Shown here piece by piece: positions 26,202 to 32,000 of a DNA stretch of 32,000 nucleotides. The notes below the pieces were generated by a model that ran no database searches, was not told the origin of the DNA, and saw only the letters and a list, made by a program, of their open reading frames with translations. How positions within the stretch are numbered: the first letter of the stretch is position 1; each line of letters starts with the position of its first letter. The DNA comes from Candidatus Heimdallarchaeota archaeon (GTDB lineage Archaea; Asgardarchaeota; Heimdallarchaeia; JABLTI01), in NCBI GenBank assembly GCA_030614005.1, contig JAUWKS010000034.1, positions 1-32,000 of the forward strand. The letters are read 5' to 3'. Position numbers and translations under genes: made by a program.

Positions 26202-28946
26202 TTATCTTGTAGCTATTTTCTTCTTCCGAACTAGTAAGGTAATAACTACTACGAGGATAATTCCTACTAATCCACCACCGATTATGACATAAGCCCACCA
26301 AGGTAAGCTAATACCAGATGTATCGATTTGAATGTCAACTGTATCGCTCCAATCGCTAGCGAGATCATAATCATCTACAGCCCGTACTCGGAAGTAATAC
26401 GTGCCATCCGTCAAATCTGTAACATTGTGCGATAAACCTGTTACAATGAAGGTGTCAATAGGTGTAGCAAAATTTGTTTCATTAGCTACTTGTAACTCAT
26501 AGTGATCGATACCAACATCATCTGTGCTAGTATTCCAAGTTACTTCTACATTGCTGACTTCAATTAAAACACCAGGGTCATTAAGTAGAGGTGCAGTTGG
26601 TTGTTCATTGAAGAAATAATCAATAGATACTGCATATAAATGCACACTGCGATCTTCTGGACCTGCTATCACAGCTTTCCAGCGAAGGTCATTGCCTGGA
26701 TTTGCGAAAACGTGTTCTAATCCTGGAGTGACTACTTCCCAATTTGTGCCACCATCAGCAGACATAGAGAATTCAACTGCTGTTAATGTTGGGACATTGC
26801 CAACAAAGTCTAATGTTGCTCTGTAAATAATATCTTCTGTATTGTCAACCTCGAGGGATTGAGCTTCAGAGGTCCCAAGAACATAGGTGTCAGCAGCACT
26901 TTCAAAATGCCGAAGAATTACTAGGCTAGTTCTATTAGCTACATAAGTAAAATCACCACTTGTAGAAATTTGAGTAGCTAAGGTAGCATTTGGGCAATTA
27001 CCTATTTTTTGGATGTCAGTAATGTCTGAAGTGTTGATCATAGTGACACCACTATTGTGATCAGCAACAAGCATGTAAGGACCAAAACCCCAAACACCAG
27101 ATGGTTTGCTAGAAGTTGAAATATAATCACCAAAACCAGTGCTTGTTGGATCTGTTACATCCCAATGTTCGTAATATCCTAATTGATCTACTAAGAATAA
27201 TGAATCACCATCTACATAGACATCGTAATGGTCAACATTTATTAAATCCCATTTATAGATTTCAACAGGAGTACTGATGTCGGTTATATCGTAGATTGCT
27301 AAACCAACATTAGCACCAGTCTTACCAACTATATAGAGAAGAGGACCTTGAATCCATAATGCTGTAACGTTGGATGTGACAGTGAAAGAGCTATAAGGAG
27401 AAGGAATAACATATGGATTTGATATATTGTAAATGTAAACTCCTAGAGTCCCATCAGCTATAAATGCATAGTCACCAGAAACCATAACATCAGTTGCTTG
27501 ACCAAGAACTCTGAAATTGGTTTGGAAAATATTGGCAGGATCACTGATATCGTAAATTCGAAAAGCATTGCCGTAATCAGCAATATACGCGAAATTTCCT
27601 CGAACATCAAGCTTACGATAGAAAGGAGTCACTCCTATAATGTCATTATCAAGTAAAATTGGATTGTTTGGATCTCTGACATTGAGAGTAATTAATCCAT
27701 CACGTCCTCCAGCAATATAGGCTATATCACCAATGACTTTTACATCCCAAACTTCGTGATCATCATAAACATTGGAATAAAATGAATCATAATTTTTCAA
27801 AAATCCCACTTTATATGTGTAAATTCCATCATTCGTAGCAATAACTAGATTTTCTCCATAGAGATCAACATCATAGGCATAAGGAATTGACGCAATTTCT
27901 GTAACAAACGCAATGTGGTTTGGATCAAATGTATCAAATACTTGTACACCACCATTACCATCAGCAACAAAGAGTGTTCTTCCTTGCTTGACCAGCCTTT
28001 GAGCATGACCGGGAGTATCATAAGTGCTGATAATTGTTGGATTTGTTGGATCTCTTATATCGATAACATGAACTCCTGCTGAACCATCAGCTAAGTAAGC
28101 TAATCCTCCATCAACTATTACATCTGTAGCATTACCAGGAGTATTAACATAACCTATTTCTACTGGTGAAAATTTGTTTGTAATATTTAACACATAAAAT
28201 CCTTCAGTGCTGGCGGCAATATACGCAGAATGCCCAACAATATCAAGACCTAATGAGAGATTGCACTCCCAGTTACATTTAGCTGGAAATGTTTCAAATC
28301 CTGCTGGATCTTCATCATATAATACTCTTAACGAAGTATTATCCGCAACATTATATGATGTATAATAGATATATGCTCCTAAGGTCTCAATATCAGTTAC
28401 GTAGTTATCCATTCCAAACCCAATTACCCAATGAGGATTAGAAGGATCCTGTACATCATAAGCAATAATTCCATAATCTATTGATGCATCATCATATTGT
28501 CCTGCCCATAGTGCATCACCTTCAACAGCAATTGCCTTAGTTTCATACCATGCAGAACTTTCCCCTAACAGACTAATGTCAGATGGATTACTTATTTCTA
28601 CTATTGCGATTTGAGTAGAAGTACTACTATTATACATTCCTAGATAAGCTTTCATACCCTGAACTTCTACATCAACAACTGGTGAAGAAGTATAGTAGTG
28701 ATCCAAAAATTCCAAGGAAAAATTACGATTATTCGTTACTATTCCTGTCCCCCAACCAAAAGCGCTAGATGCTCCATCTAGATAGGTTGTGGTCGTAAAA
28801 TCTTCAACATATGAATCAGTACTTTGCGCAGTTAAATTTAAGTCATTATTATTCATTCCATTAAATGATGGAACGAAAAAAGTTGTTAATGAAAATAAAC
28901 CTACTAACAACAAAGTAGCTATAAATTTCTTTTTAATTGAAACCAT
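26202..28946 (-). CDS. LVIVD-repeat surface protein with FN3 domain and C-terminal TM anchor
   Basis: Signal peptide; many LAYLADG..GVHVIDI.DP.NP repeats; FN3-like VTWNTS..YELQV..YYFRVRAVD; PWW + TM + RKKK. Confidence 0.9.
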   Translation of the reverse strand: MVSIKKKFIATLLLVGLFSLTTFFVPSFNGMNNNDLNLTAQSTDSYVEDFTTTTYLDGASSAFGWGTGIVTNNRNFSLEFLDHYYTSSPVVDVEVQGMKAYLGMYNSSTSTQIAIVEISNPSDISLLGESSAWYETKAIAVEGDALWAGQYDDASIDYGIIAYDVQDPSNPHWVIGFGMDNYVTDIETLGAYIYYTSYNVADNTSLRVLYDEDPAGFETFPAKCNWECNLSLGLDIVGHSAYIAASTEGFYVLNITNKFSPVEIGYVNTPGNATDVIVDGGLAYLADGSAGVHVIDIRDPTNPTIISTYDTPGHAQRLVKQGRTLFVADGNGGVQVFDTFDPNHIAFVTEIASIPYAYDVDLYGENLVIATNDGIYTYKVGFLKNYDSFYSNVYDDHEVWDVKVIGDIAYIAGGRDGLITLNVRDPNNPILLDNDIIGVTPFYRKLDVRGNFAYIADYGNAFRIYDISDPANIFQTNFRVLGQATDVMVSGDYAFIADGTLGVYIYNISNPYVIPSPYSSFTVTSNVTALWIQGPLLYIVGKTGANVGLAIYDITDISTPVEIYKWDLINVDHYDVYVDGDSLFLVDQLGYYEHWDVTDPTSTGFGDYISTSSKPSGVWGFGPYMLVADHNSGVTMINTSDITDIQKIGNCPNATLATQISTSGDFTYVANRTSLVILRHFESAADTYVLGTSEAQSLEVDNTEDIIYRATLDFVGNVPTLTAVEFSMSADGGTNWEVVTPGLEHVFANPGNDLRWKAVIAGPEDRSVHLYAVSIDYFFNEQPTAPLLNDPGVLIEVSNVEVTWNTSTDDVGIDHYELQVANETNFATPIDTFIVTGLSHNVTDLTDGTYYFRVRAVDDYDLASDWSDTVDIQIDTSGISLPWWAYVIIGGGLVGIILVVVITLLVRKKKIATR

Positions 28947-29109
28947 TTTACACCCTCAAGTGAAATATAATATTAAATTATAAACAAATAATAAAAAAGT
29001 TTCTAAGAAAGAAAGCAACTAAATTTTTGGTTGATTTCTTCAAAAGATCATTATATTTTCATTTCTTGCTCTTTTCTTCCTTCTTTTTCACTCTTTTTAG
29101 ATTTAATTC

Positions 29110-29332
29110 ATGACTTTTGAGCCATAATTCAATTTTAGCAACTATTTTCAATTAGTCAGTTCTTTTATTATTCCTCAGTAATTGGTGCGCCACAATAAGG
29201 GCATGTAACTAAACTCTCTGGTGGTAATTTAACTCTACAGAAAGGACACATATTCTTTTTTCTTCCAATTCTTGGTAGGGCTTCTCCAGTTTCACGAGCT
29301 TTTATAGCAACGGCTTTCTGTTTTCTAATAAC
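29110..29332 (-). repeat. Direct repeat B, copy 2, including an 18-nt remnant of an NTase 3' end (plus strand 29110-29127)
   Basis: ATGACTTTTGAGCCATAA (MTFEP*) versus NTase end ATGACTTTTAAGTCATAA (MTFKS*); homology continues into the zinc-ribbon gene. Confidence 0.85.
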
Positions 29333-29935
29333 TACAAAAACAAAACCAATCCAAACAATTATTGCAATAATTCCTAATAGAACTGAGCCTCCCATTACAG
29401 CCCAAAGCCACCATAATGAATAAAGAATACTTATTCCTTGAAACTCAATATCTTTTTCGATGCTCGTACCTTGTTCTATTACTGTAACTGTTGCCAATCC
29501 ACTTTCACCACTATTAACATAAACTCCGATAAAGAAGTCTCCATCATTTGGTGCAGTAAAGATAATGCTCTCAGGACCTACACCAGGTGTATCTTGTGCT
29601 ACAAGTAAGCTCCTATTTGTAAAATCTGCTCTTTTGTAGATAGATAATGTGAAATCAAAATCATAATATGCAGGATTATAGGTTACTGAGAAAACGTACG
29701 TTACATCCACTTCAAGGTCTCTAACAACTAATGCATCTAATTCTCCTTCTTCAGCATAAATATCATATTCTCCTCTAACTGGAGAAAGAATTGCAATAAA
29801 TGAAGATGTTAGTAACACTAGAAAGAATATTACCAATAACGATTTTTTTCTATTAATTATTTTAATGCTAATTTTAATACGCTCCAAAACTAAACTACGT
29901 TCACATCTCGACCTAAAATATATATTTTTTGTCAT
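29168..29935 (-). CDS. Membrane protein with extracellular beta-sandwich (PPC-like) domain and cytoplasmic CxxC..CxxC zinc ribbon
   Basis: N-terminal hydrophobic segment, beta-rich domain (F.AP.DGDFFIGV), second TM, CPFC..CPYC. Confidence 0.75.
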   Translation of the reverse strand: MTKNIYFRSRCERSLVLERIKISIKIINRKKSLLVIFFLVLLTSSFIAILSPVRGEYDIYAEEGELDALVVRDLEVDVTYVFSVTYNPAYYDFDFTLSIYKRADFTNRSLLVAQDTPGVGPESIIFTAPNDGDFFIGVYVNSGESGLATVTVIEQGTSIEKDIEFQGISILYSLWWLWAVMGGSVLLGIIAIIVWIGFVFVVIRKQKAVAIKARETGEALPRIGRKKNMCPFCRVKLPPESLVTCPYCGAPITEE

Positions 29936-30412
29936 TTACTTTTTGTAGTCAGGATGATTATCTAACCACGTAGATAAGTTTCTGAAAGTTTCTTCATTGC
30001 GTTTGTTAATGAATTTGTATAACTGATTTCCAAGTAAACGATAAAGTAAAGGTAATTTCTTTAGATTGAAACGTTCCTCAAAATGCACTCGAGTCTTCCC
30101 TCCTTCCAGAGGTTCTAAACGAATCAGACCATTGGTATCTAACCCGGGTTTGAGGCTTAACATTGTGTATGTATAACCAACGTTTGGTTTAACATCTGTC
30201 ACTAATTCTATAGAACACCGTGATCCCCATGGGAGCTTGTAATGTACCCTTCTAATTAGACCATTTCCGTTTTCATCTCCCGGGTAAAGAATTTCTATAT
30301 CAATAACTATTGCTTCTGTGAATTCTTTCCAGATATCATAATCTTGCATAAGGGACCAAATTTTTTCTGGAGGATGAGGAATTTCTATAGAAAATACGTG
30401 TTCTTTTATCAT
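29936..30412 (-). CDS. SRPBCC/START-like ligand-binding protein
   Basis: IEIPHPPEKIWSLMQDY..W, G.G.IRRV, LEPLEGGKTRV, C-terminal helix; start at 30412 (MIKEH) preferred. Confidence 0.8.
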   Translation of the reverse strand: MIKEHVFSIEIPHPPEKIWSLMQDYDIWKEFTEAIVIDIEILYPGDENGNGLIRRVHYKLPWGSRCSIELVTDVKPNVGYTYTMLSLKPGLDTNGLIRLEPLEGGKTRVHFEERFNLKKLPLLYRLLGNQLYKFINKRNEETFRNLSTWLDNHPDYKK

Positions 30413-30579
30413 CTTGTCCACAACTAGTTTAATATAGTTGTACAAAGTAAAAAATGTTGCTAATTTTCAGAGACCTTTTCTCTCTATAATAAGTTTAGAA
30501 CTATCTGTCACATGAATTTATATTTGTTGAACATAACTAAATTTATTGCTTTGAATCAGTAGTGAGTATGAAAATAAAA

Positions 30580-30801
30580 TCAAGTCTCCCTTTTGCTTTT
30601 TAACGATTCATCTTCACTACCATCAGGTAGCATCCAATCAGGATGCGATTTTCCTGCTTCTTCCATTTGAAATCTAGTACATTTTTCCCAATTTCCCTTA
30701 CAATATTGTTCTATCCATTTTCTATCTAATCTCCCTATTTCATAATATCTTTTCATAGGGCAAACAACAAACCATTTGCAAGTATTTTCTTTTTCTTTCA
30801 C
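30580..30801 (-). CDS. Small conserved Cys-rich protein (C..CP..YC..W..C.R..P..MLPDG)
   Basis: Four Cys and a recognisable conserved small-protein pattern; GTG start overlapping the region just after the LRR gene. Confidence 0.65.
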   Translation of the reverse strand: MKEKENTCKWFVVCPMKRYYEIGRLDRKWIEQYCKGNWEKCTRFQMEEAGKSHPDWMLPDGSEDESLKSKRET

Positions 30802-30820
30802 AGTCTCACAACTTCAAGGT

Positions 30821-31624
30821 TTATTCGGTTTGTTTTTGTTTCCGCATATAAGCGTCTCTTGCAGATCTAATAGTACTTAGTAGTTTTCTACGCATATATT
30901 CCGACATTTCCTTTTCGTTAATAACAGAATCATACCAAGCAATCAATTCTTTTTCGATAACAATGTCTAGTAAATTTTCACATGCGCGTAATGGTGAAAT
31001 ATCTACCGATTCAAAATTATTATCTACGAGGTAGATACTCCGTAATTTCTTCAAAAAACTAAGAGGGCCTAAATCAATAGAGGTAAGCTTATTCTGACCA
31101 AGATCAATATGTTCTAGACTTTCACAAGCAATAAGTGGTTCCAAATCAATATAAACAAGATCATTTTCTTCTATTTCAAGCCCACCTAACATCTTAAGAT
31201 TGCGAAGAGGTTTAAGGCTAATCATGGTAAGATTGTTTGTATGCAGCCTAAGCTTAACCAATTCTTTACAATTACTTAGAGGTTTAAGATGAACAGACAT
31301 CAATTGATTATTACCTAAATCTAATTCCGTTAGTTGCTCACATTGGCTAAGAGGTGTTAGATCAATATCTTTTAACCGATTATATTCTAAACTTAGGATC
31401 TGTAGGTTCTTACAGCGTCTAAGGGGAATCAAATCAATTTCTTCGAGTAAATTACTAGATAAACGTAATCCCTTGAGATTCTTGCATTCACCTAATGGCG
31501 TTAAATCAATACGTGATAATTCTTCCCTACTTAGAGAAAGATATTCAATGTTTGGATCAATCTCCTGGGTGAATTTTTCCCCGCTTTCTAAAGTACCATG
31601 TAAAGTAAGAGTCACTATAACCAC
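30821..31624 (-). CDS. Leucine-rich-repeat protein
   Basis: About eight 22-aa repeats LxxLxLxxNxLxxIDLxPL. Confidence 0.9.
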   Translation of the reverse strand: MVIVTLTLHGTLESGEKFTQEIDPNIEYLSLSREELSRIDLTPLGECKNLKGLRLSSNLLEEIDLIPLRRCKNLQILSLEYNRLKDIDLTPLSQCEQLTELDLGNNQLMSVHLKPLSNCKELVKLRLHTNNLTMISLKPLRNLKMLGGLEIEENDLVYIDLEPLIACESLEHIDLGQNKLTSIDLGPLSFLKKLRSIYLVDNNFESVDISPLRACENLLDIVIEKELIAWYDSVINEKEMSEYMRRKLLSTIRSARDAYMRKQKQTE

Positions 31625-32000
31625 GAGAAAAAGAGTAGTTATTACTATTTAATATATTTGATGGAAAAAATCTTTTTGGAAAAGGAAAATGGCAGGCGTG
31701 AGGGGATGTGTTCCAAAAAAAGCCACAGCTTCAATTGGTTGAACCAAAAGTGTCTTTTAAATCATTAAGTGAAAATAGTTATACTTAAAAAAGCTCTATT
31801 AATTGGTTAATTATCAAGCTCATTCTATCATTAGTATTTAACAATTGTTTATTTCCAGTTTTTATAACCATAGTAACGTGTTGAAATACAGGATGGTTAC
31901 TTATACCAAGTTCACTCATTTTAACATAAATCAAATTTGGGTGTTTTAGAATTTGCATGATTTCTTTTGTATAATCTAAAATTTCTGGTTTTAGTTTTAT

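Noticed and set aside
21347-29332. Integrated mobile element or IS explaining the direct repeats
   Set aside because: No integrase, transposase, terminal inverted repeats or tRNA target; the repeats are diverged gene ends, not att sites.
31640-32000. Non-coding 3' end with a slightly GC-richer patch and TTCAA-ttgg-TTGAA palindrome
   Set aside because: No tRNA or ncRNA fold or ORF could be supported; context is truncated by the window edge.

Overview
AT-rich archaeal-type genomic window, most likely from an Asgard archaeon. This is inferred from two Arf-like small GTPases, DENN/longin-like proteins, an LRR protein, LVIVD surface proteins, GAGGTGA-type RBSs and BRE/TATA promoters. Left part (1.3-6.2 kb) is the highlight: a solo Arf-like GTPase, a CARF-like/wHTH regulator with repeated palindromic operator candidates, and a tightly coupled four-gene operon (7TM membrane protein, DENN-like protein, second Arf-like GTPase, longin-like/pseudo-GTPase fusion). 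It looks like a self-contained receptor-GEF-GTPase signalling module. Middle: a minus-strand operon (GPH-family MFS, adenylate-forming enzyme, YghO/bacterial-ceramide-synthase-like GNAT, DHA3-type MFS), an M23-like peptidase, an APH-like kinase and a flavodoxin. Two secreted proteases (S8 and caspase-like C14) share a duplicated ~145-bp promoter/leader with a conserved hairpin, followed by a SNF2-SWIM pair. Right: a variable region between the SWIM gene and a zinc-ribbon membrane-protein gene, containing hicB plus an unannotated start-less hicA, surface proteins, a nucleotidyltransferase and an amidinotransferase. At its centre (~25.05 kb) is a back-to-back fusion of diverged 3' fragments of both flanking genes, the signature of two versions of the locus joined in tandem. 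No rRNA, tRNA, CRISPR array or transposase was recognised. All family assignments and identities come from reading motifs and aligning by eye, not from database searches.
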